A stretch of DNA of 64,000 nucleotides, from contig JANWKE010000075.1 of the NCBI GenBank assembly GCA_025451535.1, forward strand, positions 56,627-120,626, written 5' to 3'. Made by a program: the position numbers and the translations under genes. The notes beneath the pieces were generated by a model. That model saw nothing but the letters and a program-made list of their open reading frames with translations. It searched no databases and was not told the DNA's origin. The first letter of the stretch is position 1. Each line of letters opens with the position of its first letter. The stretch comes from Verrucomicrobiia bacterium (GTDB lineage: Bacteria; Verrucomicrobiota; Verrucomicrobiia; Limisphaerales; UBA11358). This document shows, piece by piece, positions 40,668 through 49,669 of the stretch.

Positions 40668-41728
40668 AAATCCTGGTCATTTCCCTTGCCGGCATCGGCG
40701 ATACACTCATCGCCACGCCGTTCATCCGTGAGTTACGCGAGAATGTCCCGGCCATGGCCATCGATGCGCTGGTGAGATGGCCGGGCGCGAAGGATTTGCT
40801 GGAACACAATCCGAACATCAACCGGGTGTTCCAGAAGAACCTGATGTCGTGCGGAAAGTTTGAGGCGCTGCGCTTCTTCCGGATGCTGAGACGGGAGCGT
40901 TACCAGCTTTCCATCAACACGCACCCGCAGGGCCCGAGGCTCTATCGTGTCGCGGCGTGGCTGGCGGGCGCAGAGGTGCGCATCAGCCACGAATACGAAC
41001 GCTTTACCTGGCTTGACCGGCTGTTGGTCACCGGCACCTTGCCGCAGGATTATTCGCGACACTCAATTGAAAATAATTTCGACGTGCTGCCATTGATTGG
41101 CGCAAAGAAAAAACTTGCGTCGCATGAAATGGAATTTTTTCTCGAGCCCGGCGACGAACGGCTGGCGGATGATTTTCTGGCAAAACACCAATTATCCGGT
41201 CAGAAAATTCTTGGCATCCACGTCGGCTCCGGCGGAACAAAGAATCTCCGGCTCAAACGCTGGCCGTTAAAGAACTATGCCGGCCTGGCGCGGCGGTTGA
41301 ACCAGGGGCGGCCGGACATCCGTATCCTGCTGTTTGGCGGGCCGGAGGAAATCACCGACCATCCGGTGGTACTGGCGCAGGCAAACCGCGATTTGACGCT
41401 GGAAGTCAAAACCCAAAACCTGCGGCAGACGGCGGCGTTGATGAAGCGGTGCAGCGCGTTCCTGAGCGTGGACACGGTGCTCATGCACGTCGCCGCTGCA
41501 ATGAAGGTGCCCAACCAGATCGTCATCGAAGCGCCGACATTAAACCCGACGAATCTGCCTTATGGACATCCCTTCACCCTGATAAAAAATCCCGCTGTGG
41601 CAGGGCGGAATCTGAATTACTACCGTTACGACGGCAGCGACATCAAAGGCACGCGCGAAGAATTGCTGGCCTGCATGGCATCCATCACGATTGAAAACGT
41701 CTACGAGACGGTGAACAGGCTGATTTGA
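40664..41728 (+). CDS. Glycosyltransferase family 9 (heptosyltransferase-like)
   Basis: KILVISLAGIGDTLIATP, KRWP..NY, GGPEE and FLSVDTVLMHVAAA. Confidence 0.88.
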   Translation: MKILVISLAGIGDTLIATPFIRELRENVPAMAIDALVRWPGAKDLLEHNPNINRVFQKNLMSCGKFEALRFFRMLRRERYQLSINTHPQGPRLYRVAAWLAGAEVRISHEYERFTWLDRLLVTGTLPQDYSRHSIENNFDVLPLIGAKKKLASHEMEFFLEPGDERLADDFLAKHQLSGQKILGIHVGSGGTKNLRLKRWPLKNYAGLARRLNQGRPDIRILLFGGPEEITDHPVVLAQANRDLTLEVKTQNLRQTAALMKRCSAFLSVDTVLMHVAAAMKVPNQIVIEAPTLNPTNLPYGHPFTLIKNPAVAGRNLNYYRYDGSDIKGTREELLACMASITIENVYETVNRLI

Positions 41729-41740
41729 CCCCCGATTAAA

Positions 41741-42460
41741 CTACAACGAAAATCCTGCCGCCTTGGCGTCGACGGCAAACATTTTCACGGTGTCCAGCGA
41801 CATTTCCGGCAAACCGGTTCCCACCAGCTTCATCGCCTTGTTCAGAATGTCATGCGGTACGGTCACAATTTTACAGCCGCATTCCTCGGCTTGAAAAATA
41901 TTGAGTACTTCACGAACACTGGCCCAAAGCAACTCGGCCTGCGGCAGCCCGGCAAGGATTTTATTCGCATTGCGCATGTGCGGCATCGGGTCCTCACCGA
42001 CATCAGCAATGCGACCGGCAAACACGGAAACCACGGCAGGCACTTTGGGATTGAGCGCCTTCGCCACCCCCGTCACCTGTTCCTCGGTGAACATGGCGGT
42101 GATATTGAGCTTCACCCCTTCCTGGGCCAGTTCGCGCACGAGCGGCAATGAAGATTCGCTTCGCGTGTTGGTAATGGGAATTTTGACATAGACGTTTTTT
42201 GCCCAGTCCTTGATTTTCAGCGCCTGCCGCCGCATTTCCGCAAACTCGTCAGAGAAGACTTCGAACGAAATCGGTTTTTCCGTGATGCTTTTCAAGATGT
42301 CACGCGCGAACGCCTCGTAATCATGAACCCCCACTTTGCGCATGAGCGAAGGATTGGTGGTCATGCCTTTGATCAGCGGGTTGGCATTCAGTTGGAGCAT
42401 TCCGGTTTTGTCCGCGCCATCGGCGAAAAGTTTTACTTTGAGACTGGCTAAGTTTTTCAT
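41741..42460 (-). CDS. tal: Short transaldolase (TalC type)
   Basis: TTNPSL, SFEV, VYVKIP (Schiff-base Lys), SVFAGRIAD and WASVR. The Glu/Phe pair indicates transaldolase rather than FSA. Confidence 0.88.
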   Translation of the reverse strand: MKNLASLKVKLFADGADKTGMLQLNANPLIKGMTTNPSLMRKVGVHDYEAFARDILKSITEKPISFEVFSDEFAEMRRQALKIKDWAKNVYVKIPITNTRSESSLPLVRELAQEGVKLNITAMFTEEQVTGVAKALNPKVPAVVSVFAGRIADVGEDPMPHMRNANKILAGLPQAELLWASVREVLNIFQAEECGCKIVTVPHDILNKAMKLVGTGLPEMSLDTVKMFAVDAKAAGFSL

Positions 42461-42498
42461 GCAGCCCACAACATAAAACAACCTTGCCAATCTTCAAC

Positions 42499-43035
42499 TT
42501 ATTTTGCGCCGGCGAGGATAATTCCGGCCGCTTCCAACAGATTTTTAGCGCGAAAATCAGGTTGCTGTTTCAATTCCTCGGCATAACCGCGATCAATGAA
42601 GATGGTCCGGCAACCGGCTGCGTGACCGCAATCCACGTCGCGCCAGCGGTCGCCCACCATCCAGCTTTGCACAAGATCAATGTGCAATTCGCGTGCAGCG
42701 CGCAGCAGCATGCCCGGCTTTGGCTTGCGGCAATCGCAACCCGACAAACCTTTGCCCGGGTGATAACAAACCTCCACCCGATCCAACGGCAACTGTCGGC
42801 GCATTTCCGCGTGAATCTCTTCGACCGCCTCCTGTTTCAGGGTGCCGCGACCGACATCGGGCTGGTTGGTGGCCACCACGAGCAAATAGCCGGCTTGCTT
42901 CAAGCGCCGGCAGGCTTCCGGCACCTCCGGAAAAATTTCGAATTCACCCAGGCTCGCTGAAGGATACGGTTTGCCATCGCGTTCCAGGGCACGGTTGATG
43001 ACGCCATCGCGGTCGAGGAAAACGGCGCGGCTCAT
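42499..43035 (-). CDS. gmhB: Heptose/octose bisphosphate phosphatase (HAD IIIA)
   Basis: FLDRDGVIN, ATNQ, CYH...CDCRKPKPGML and MVGDRWRD. Confidence 0.88.
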   Translation of the reverse strand: MSRAVFLDRDGVINRALERDGKPYPSASLGEFEIFPEVPEACRRLKQAGYLLVVATNQPDVGRGTLKQEAVEEIHAEMRRQLPLDRVEVCYHPGKGLSGCDCRKPKPGMLLRAARELHIDLVQSWMVGDRWRDVDCGHAAGCRTIFIDRGYAEELKQQPDFRAKNLLEAAGIILAGAK

Positions 43036-43043
43036 TTCAGATT

Positions 43044-43640
43044 TTACTTCGTTGATTCCCACTTGGTTTGGGCAACCTTGAGTTTTGGATGGGAAACGAA
43101 CAGATGCCAGATGACAGCCTGAAACGCCTCGCTATGCGGTGTGACGTGAGTCGGGTTCACCGTTGGCACGATCACACAGGCTGTTGCCTCTTTGGCCGTG
43201 TAACCGCCGTCACGTCCGACTACGCCAATGACGGAAGCACCAACTTTTTTGGCGAGTTGAATGGCGCTGACCAGATTCGGGCTGACATTTTTTTCCAGAT
43301 TGCCGCCACCTACGGAAAAAATCAGCAAGCCATCCTTTGCGTTCAAGCGGCTGCCTTTGAGCCACTCGGCAAAAATCGTTGCCCAGCCTTCGTCGTTGGT
43401 TCTTGCGGTCAGTTCGGAAACGTTGTCCGTGGGCGCGTACGCCTCGAAACCACAGATTTTGCGGAAATCATTCACGGCATGGCCCGCGTTGCCCGCGCTG
43501 CCGCCCACACCAAGGATGAACAACCGCCCGCCGCGCTCCCGCACGCGTGCCAGTTCATCGGCGGCCTTTTCAATGGCGTCAACGTTCAATTGCGTGACAA
43601 CTTGCTGGACTTCATCAAGGAATTGTTTGGCAAAGCTCAT
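43044..43640 (-). CDS. gmhA: SIS-domain sugar-phosphate isomerase, divergent GmhA-like
   Basis: GVGGSAGNAGH, LTARTNDEGW..IF and SPNLV.A. Several canonical GmhA residues differ. Confidence 0.75.
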   Translation of the reverse strand: MSFAKQFLDEVQQVVTQLNVDAIEKAADELARVRERGGRLFILGVGGSAGNAGHAVNDFRKICGFEAYAPTDNVSELTARTNDEGWATIFAEWLKGSRLNAKDGLLIFSVGGGNLEKNVSPNLVSAIQLAKKVGASVIGVVGRDGGYTAKEATACVIVPTVNPTHVTPHSEAFQAVIWHLFVSHPKLKVAQTKWESTK

Positions 43641-44353
43641 GGTGATTTTGATTGTAGCAGTGATTCCAGTTCCGCCAAGCCTGCGGGTGAACCCATTTCG
43701 TAAAAGCGCTCACGCACTTCATAGCCGGCCAGTTGTTTTTCATGGACCAGCCCGCCCATGACTTGGGCCAGATCCAGGGGCTGGTCGGGAGGGTACGTAT
43801 TAAAGACCACCGCTTTAAACAGGCTCAATCCATAGTCAATATGTTGCATCTCCGGTACGCGGTTCTTTTTATCGTAAACCACAATTCCACCGTCCCGGAA
43901 AACGACGTTGCTGGTGTCGTAGCGGCCGGCATTGCGATAGACGGTCATGCAACCCGGTTTGCCGCTGCGATGGAAAAATTCCGCCACCGGACGGTATTCC
44001 ACCGGCAGATAGGAATCGCCATAGAGCACAAAAAACTCGTCTCCGAGCAGGGGCAGCGCCCGTTTGACCGCGCCACCGGTGCCGAGCAATTGGGGACCAT
44101 CAAACGAATAATCAAGCCTCAGGCCAAAAGCCGAGCCCTCACCAAAATCCCGTTGAATCATCTCCCCGAGATACCCGACGCATAAAACCACACGCCGAAT
44201 TCCACGTGAGCGCAGCAATTCCAGCTGATGCGCCAGGAATGGTTTCCCGGCCACCGGCACCAGTGATTTGGGAATTTTTTCCGTGATGGGCCGCAAGCGG
44301 GTCGCCAATCCACCCGCGAGAACGGCGACAGGAATTTCGAGCGAGGCACTCAC
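43637..44353 (-). CDS. hddC: Sugar-1-phosphate guanylyltransferase (HddC-like)
   Basis: LAGGLATRL.P....PK, LLGTGGA and YGDSY. Confidence 0.78.
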   Translation of the reverse strand: MSASLEIPVAVLAGGLATRLRPITEKIPKSLVPVAGKPFLAHQLELLRSRGIRRVVLCVGYLGEMIQRDFGEGSAFGLRLDYSFDGPQLLGTGGAVKRALPLLGDEFFVLYGDSYLPVEYRPVAEFFHRSGKPGCMTVYRNAGRYDTSNVVFRDGGIVVYDKKNRVPEMQHIDYGLSLFKAVVFNTYPPDQPLDLAQVMGGLVHEKQLAGYEVRERFYEMGSPAGLAELESLLQSKSP

Positions 44354-45330
44354 GAAATCAACAGCTTGGTGCCTTCAAAGTCAAAACGGAAGCGGACTTC
44401 CTTGAGGCCTGCTTCACGCATGGCCTGTCGCAATTTCACCTTGTCCTCGGCGTAAAACATCAGAAATCCACCGCCGCCGGCACCGATGAGCTTGCCGCCC
44501 AGCGCACCGCTGGCCATCGCCCGGTCATACCACTCATTTATCTTCGGATTGGTCATGCCACCACTGCGTTGTTTTTTACGCTGCCAATGTACGTCCATGA
44601 GCCGGGCAAACTCCCGGAGATTTCCGGACTCAAGCGCGCGCTGGCTTTGCAGACCGAGCTCCTTGACGAAGTGCAGGTTTTCAATCATGGCCGCATCCGC
44701 CTGCTTTGATTTTTGATCCTGCTCCTTCAAAATAGTCGAGGCCGAACGGGAATAACCGGTGAAGAACAGCAGCAGATTGTCTTCCAAATTATCACGCGTC
44801 TCATCGGAAATCTTCAACGGCCACGCCTCCACTTTGCCATCCGGCAAAAAATTGAAACAGGTGACCCCGCCGTAAGCGGCGATGTATTGGTCCTGTTTGC
44901 CAATCGGCGCCTTCAACCGGTCGAGTTCAACTTCGCACGCCTGGGCCGCCAGCTCCGCCGGGTGAACCAGATTTTTTTTATGGGCATGCAGTGCCTTGAG
45001 CAGCGCGGTTGTGAAGCTGCCGGAAGAACCAAGACCGGTTCCGGCCGGAATGTCCGCCATCGAAGTCAATTCCAGCGCATGACCAGCCATACCGACGAGC
45101 GCGAACGCTTCGCGAAGAATCGGGTGTTTCAATGTTGTCGCGTCCGGTACCCGCTCCAACTCCGAATACTTCACGATCAAATCCGACACGAACGTGTCGT
45201 GCAACGTAATATAGACGTATTTATCAATCGCCGCCGCGATGAGGAAGCCACCGAACTTTTCATAGTAGGACGGCAAATCCGTCCCGCCGCCACCGAGGGT
45301 AACGCGAAGGGGAGAGCGTGCGATAATCAT
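44350..45330 (-). CDS. hddA: GHMP sugar-phosphate kinase (HddA-like)
   Basis: PLRVTLGGGGTD, PAGTGLGSSG, GKQDQY and GGKLIGAGGGGF. Confidence 0.85.
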   Translation of the reverse strand: MIIARSPLRVTLGGGGTDLPSYYEKFGGFLIAAAIDKYVYITLHDTFVSDLIVKYSELERVPDATTLKHPILREAFALVGMAGHALELTSMADIPAGTGLGSSGSFTTALLKALHAHKKNLVHPAELAAQACEVELDRLKAPIGKQDQYIAAYGGVTCFNFLPDGKVEAWPLKISDETRDNLEDNLLLFFTGYSRSASTILKEQDQKSKQADAAMIENLHFVKELGLQSQRALESGNLREFARLMDVHWQRKKQRSGGMTNPKINEWYDRAMASGALGGKLIGAGGGGFLMFYAEDKVKLRQAMREAGLKEVRFRFDFEGTKLLIS

Positions 45331-45370
45331 TTCAAATTGGGCTGTTACGTCCGGGTTCTCGGACTAGGAT

Positions 45371-46378
45371 TTAGAGTTTTGGCGGCGCGGAGTCAAAGGT
45401 AATTCCACTTTGCCGGTAAATTTTGCCGACGACTTGAAGCGTGGCTTTAGCCTCCTTTAATCCCGCATCCGGTTTCCGCTGCAACTGGATATCCTTTTCA
45501 AATTCGGTCATTTCGATCCGCCATGATTCGTCGGGACCGGGAAATTCGTAAACCTGCGTATCGGGAATGCCCATCTCCGGCTTCATCTGGTAGTGATACA
45601 GTTTTTCGATGCCGTAACTGCCGCCCAGCCCTTCGATGTGCAGCTTCGTGTTACGGCCGTAAATCTCGAATGAGAAAAGATTTTTCCACTCTGTGCAACT
45701 GACGTGCAGCCACGCGGTCTGACCTTTGGCCGTTCGCAGACTCAAAAATGCGTTGTCATCCACCGGCATCTTCCAGAAATAGGTCGTGGCGTAGCCGTCA
45801 ATTTTTTGGAAATCGCCAAGAAACCAGTGCGCCAAATCAATCAGGTGGATACCCTGGTCAATCAATTCACCGCCGCCGGAAAGTTTCGGATTCGCGCGCC
45901 ACTCCTTGTCGTAGCCAACCCGCCCGCCGTGACCGTAGCGGGCGCGGACGAACATCAATTCGCCCATCACGCCGGATTCAAAAATCTCCCGCGCCTTGAG
46001 GAACGCCGGATGATAGCGATGATTGAAGCCGACACGGACGCAAACGCCGTGTTTTTTGGCCAGTGCGATTAACCCATCAATCTGCTTCGCGGAAACGCCC
46101 GCCGGTTTTTCCACGAGTACAGGTTTGCCCGCGCGAATCGCGGCGGCGGAAACTTCGGCGAGAGCGGCATTGACGGTTGCCACAATCACCGCGTCCACCT
46201 GCGAACTCACGACAGCTTGTTTGAAATCGACAACCGGCCGGCCGGCCGCGGCCAGCCTCACAAGTTCTTCGGCTCGGGCGAGATTCGTGTCACAGGCAAC
46301 CGCGAGCCGTGAACCCGCCGGCAATCCTGCCAGCCGCTTTTTCCCAATCAATCCGCAACCGATAATGGCGTAGTTCAT
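45371..46378 (-). CDS. Gfo/Idh/MocA-family oxidoreductase
   Basis: IIGCGLIG, VLVEKP, GFNHRY and GGGELIDQGIHLID. Confidence 0.9.
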   Translation of the reverse strand: MNYAIIGCGLIGKKRLAGLPAGSRLAVACDTNLARAEELVRLAAAGRPVVDFKQAVVSSQVDAVIVATVNAALAEVSAAAIRAGKPVLVEKPAGVSAKQIDGLIALAKKHGVCVRVGFNHRYHPAFLKAREIFESGVMGELMFVRARYGHGGRVGYDKEWRANPKLSGGGELIDQGIHLIDLAHWFLGDFQKIDGYATTYFWKMPVDDNAFLSLRTAKGQTAWLHVSCTEWKNLFSFEIYGRNTKLHIEGLGGSYGIEKLYHYQMKPEMGIPDTQVYEFPGPDESWRIEMTEFEKDIQLQRKPDAGLKEAKATLQVVGKIYRQSGITFDSAPPKL

Positions 46379-47238
46379 TTGTCGCCCCAGGTTTTACCGC
46401 GGTCCTTTGGCGCAATGCGGCGCAACGTGTAAATGTCGCTGTTCAAGTCATTCTTGAATTCGTGCAATTTTTCCCACGGATCCCATTGCGCGCTGATGAG
46501 TTTGCCGGTAATGCCGTCGCTCTCCGCGCTGGCGAGATAAACCGCGAGCCGCGCGCCGAGTTCCAACGGCGTCGCGCCCTTTTCCTTCCACTGCCTGTTC
46601 TTCTCGATAAAAGCGGCGCCGACCTTTTCCGGCCCGGCGGCGAGCACCTCATCCACGAGCCGTGTTGCCAGCGCGCCCGGTGCGATCGCATTCACGTCCA
46701 CGTGAAACGGCTTCAACTCCTCGGCCAGGGTCTCGGCGAGGCGGACGACGGCGGCCTTTGACGCAGCGTAGGAGCTGATGTTCGGCAGTGGATTCGTTGC
46801 GCCTCCGCCGGAAAGAACCATGATTTTGCCCCGACCGGTTTTTTTGAAATACGGAATGACGGCACGGCACGGCAGCAAAACGCCGCAGAGATTGATGTCC
46901 AGCGCGCGACGCCATTCAACGAGCGAAACGGATTCCGTCGGTCCCATCGGTCCGTAAACGCCGGCGTTCAGCACGAGCGCCTGGAGCGAACCCAGTTCGC
47001 GCACTGCGAAGGCAACAAGTTCATTGGCCTGCCCTTCATTTGATACATCGCAGGTTTTCGCCAAAACCTTCTGCGCGGAGAATTTGGTCGCCAGTTCATC
47101 GCGGGTGGCGAGCAATTCCTTTTCGCCACGGGCGCAAAGGACGACACTCGCACCTTCGCGCAGGAAATGCTCAGCGATGGCTTTGCCGAGTCCCTGGCTG
47201 CCGCCGGTGATGAGCGCGTTGACGTTTTTCAGTTTCAT
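46375..47238 (-). CDS. Short-chain dehydrogenase/reductase
   Basis: TGGSQGLG, LNAG, YAASK and VNAIAPG. Confidence 0.9.
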   Translation of the reverse strand: MKLKNVNALITGGSQGLGKAIAEHFLREGASVVLCARGEKELLATRDELATKFSAQKVLAKTCDVSNEGQANELVAFAVRELGSLQALVLNAGVYGPMGPTESVSLVEWRRALDINLCGVLLPCRAVIPYFKKTGRGKIMVLSGGGATNPLPNISSYAASKAAVVRLAETLAEELKPFHVDVNAIAPGALATRLVDEVLAAGPEKVGAAFIEKNRQWKEKGATPLELGARLAVYLASAESDGITGKLISAQWDPWEKLHEFKNDLNSDIYTLRRIAPKDRGKTWGDK

Positions 47239-48506
47239 TTTGCGCGTCCGACGGAAAGATGCTCGACCCCGGCGATGCTTTTCAATTCCTTTTCCAGAAA
47301 CCGGTTGGCGTCCACAAAAACCGGCTGTTTCATCGCCTGAACCGTTTTCGGCCAGTCAATCTGACGGAACTGCGGCCATTCGGTGCAAATGACGGTGGCG
47401 TCCGCGCCGTCCAAGGCGGCAGCGACATCGACTGCAAGTGAAACCTTGCTCAAATTGTTCGGCAGACTCTTCACGGCCGGATCAAAAGCGGCCACCCTGG
47501 CGCCCGCCTTCAAAAGCTGTTGGCACAATTCAACCGCGGCGCTGCGGCGGAGCGTGTCGGTGCTTGTCGTGTAAGTCAGGCCCAGGACGGCGATTTTCCT
47601 GCCGCGCAGTTTTCCAAGACGCGACTGCAATCGCCGGAACGCCCAGCCGCGATGTAAATCGTTGCTCTGCTTGATGGCCGGAATAACGGATATTTTTTCA
47701 CCTTCGGCTTTGGCGAGTTTCGTTAAAGTCACCACATCGCGCGCGAGCGTGCCGCCGGCGAACGGCCCGCCGGGGCCGAGATACGCCTTCGGCCCGATGC
47801 GCGGCTCGCTCTTCAGCCCGGCGGAAACCTCCTTTGCGTCCGCGCCGACGTGCTCGCACAACCGCGCGATTTCGTTGATGAAGGTGATGGACAGCGCGAG
47901 GAACGAATTCAACGCATGCTTGACCATCTCCGCTGACTCAGAGCGCATGAACAAAATCTGCGACGTGAACGGCGCGAACAATTTTTCGAGCAGCGCCCTT
48001 TTGGTGCCGTCACGGATACCAACGATGACGCGCCCGGCCTTTTCAAACGCGTCAATCGCCTTGCCGAGCCGGAGATTTTCCGGCGAGCAGGCGAAGTGAA
48101 ATTGTGGGAATTTCTTTTCCAGCTTCGCGCATGCACCGACCGGCAATTGCGAGGAAATCAAAACCAGCGCATCTTCCGGCAAATGGGGCAGCGCCTTGCG
48201 AAGATTTGCCAAAACCGATTCCACGTCTGATTCGTCGTGCTCGTTCACGGGCGTGTCGTAACAAAGCCAGAGCACGTCGGCATGGGCGCAGGCGATGGGC
48301 GCGTCGGCCGTGAATGAAAGTTTCCGGGCGGCAATCCCGGCGGCAATGAGTTCGTTAAGGCCCGGCTCAAACAACGGCGCCTGGCCCTGGTTCAGCTTCG
48401 TAACGGTCACTGCATCGAAATCCAGGCCGGTGACCTGAAAATGTTTCGCGCAGCACGCAGCGGTGACGCAGCCGAGGTGCCAGAGGCCCTGGACGACAAT
48501 CTTCAT
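47235..48506 (-). CDS. UDP-glucose/GDP-mannose dehydrogenase-family protein lacking the catalytic Cys
   Basis: PLFEPGL, SPENLRLG, SAEMVKHALN and PRIG. GPFAGGTLARD replaces GGxCxPKD. Start at 48506 is ATGA-coupled. Confidence 0.85.
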   Translation of the reverse strand: MKIVVQGLWHLGCVTAACCAKHFQVTGLDFDAVTVTKLNQGQAPLFEPGLNELIAAGIAARKLSFTADAPIACAHADVLWLCYDTPVNEHDESDVESVLANLRKALPHLPEDALVLISSQLPVGACAKLEKKFPQFHFACSPENLRLGKAIDAFEKAGRVIVGIRDGTKRALLEKLFAPFTSQILFMRSESAEMVKHALNSFLALSITFINEIARLCEHVGADAKEVSAGLKSEPRIGPKAYLGPGGPFAGGTLARDVVTLTKLAKAEGEKISVIPAIKQSNDLHRGWAFRRLQSRLGKLRGRKIAVLGLTYTTSTDTLRRSAAVELCQQLLKAGARVAAFDPAVKSLPNNLSKVSLAVDVAAALDGADATVICTEWPQFRQIDWPKTVQAMKQPVFVDANRFLEKELKSIAGVEHLSVGRAK

Positions 48507-49474
48507 CGTCGTTCGAGCACCCATTGGTTTTGCTGGAGCCATTGCAGCGTGCGAACAATGCCCTGTTCAATTGTCAGCGAAGTTTTCCAGCCGGTGGCAC
48601 GGACTTTTTTTGTGTCGAGGAAAATGAACGGGTTGTCACCCACCCACCCTTTGTTGCCGCCGGAGTATTCAAGCCTGGGCTTAAGGCCAAGTGCGCTGCA
48701 AATAAAACCGACAGAATCGTTGACTTGAACGTATTCATCCGTTCCCAGGTTATAAGTCTCCACGCGGTGTTTCGCCTTCTTCGCCATGCCTTGCGCAATA
48801 ACGTGGAGCATCGCCGCGAGACAATCGCCGATGTAGAGGTAGGATTTTTTCTGCATACCATCGCCGAGGATTTTCAAGCAGTCGGGGTGAGCGGTTAGTT
48901 GTTTGTAAAAATCCAGGACATGGCCATGCGTGTAACGTTCGCCGAGAATTGAAACAAACCGGAAAATGTATCCCTCAAAACCGTAGCCTTCGCAGTAAGC
49001 ATGGATGAATCCTTCACAAGCCAGTTTCGAGGCTCCATAAAGCGAAGTTTGCACGGGAAACGGCGCATTTTCCGGTGTCGGGATGATTTCCGACTCTCCA
49101 TAAACGCTGCCGGTGGAGCTGAAGGCGATGCCCTTGATATTGTTGGTGCGCATGGCTTCGAGCACGTTGAAAGTGGCTACGGCATTTTGTTGAAAATCCT
49201 TATGCGGGTGGTCAAGGCCGAATCGCACATCGGCGTTGGCAGCCAGATGAAAAACAAAATCGCAGCCAGCCATTGCGCGAGTCAGGGCGGACAAATCCAG
49301 GCAGTCCCCTTCGATGAGTTTGAACCTTGAATGAGCGCGCGCCGTCTGAAGAAATTCCTGTTGTCCGGTGGAGAAATTGTCCCAGCCAACGACCTTCTTG
49401 CCATCGCTCAAAAGCCGATCCACCAGGTTACTGCCAATGAAACCAGCCGCACCGGTGACAAAAACTTTTTCCAT
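48503..49474 (-). CDS. NAD-dependent nucleotide-sugar epimerase/dehydratase
   Basis: TGAAGFIG, HLAANADV, SSTGSVYG, YGASK and GWVGD. Confidence 0.9.
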   Translation of the reverse strand: MEKVFVTGAAGFIGSNLVDRLLSDGKKVVGWDNFSTGQQEFLQTARAHSRFKLIEGDCLDLSALTRAMAGCDFVFHLAANADVRFGLDHPHKDFQQNAVATFNVLEAMRTNNIKGIAFSSTGSVYGESEIIPTPENAPFPVQTSLYGASKLACEGFIHAYCEGYGFEGYIFRFVSILGERYTHGHVLDFYKQLTAHPDCLKILGDGMQKKSYLYIGDCLAAMLHVIAQGMAKKAKHRVETYNLGTDEYVQVNDSVGFICSALGLKPRLEYSGGNKGWVGDNPFIFLDTKKVRATGWKTSLTIEQGIVRTLQWLQQNQWVLERR

Positions 49475-49669
49475 GATTGGGCGGGAAGCTTAATGCGGAC
49501 GGGCAAAGTTCGCCAGTGTTTTTGAAAGCCGCAGCGGCCCGTACCGTTCTGAAGAAAATTCCGGCGATCGCGGCTGAAAGCGCTCCAGCTTTCCTTGACA
49601 GCCGCCGCCGCTCTTTTTAGCGTTCGCAACAGTGAATTTCAAAAATCATGGGCTCCAAAATCCTCGCGC

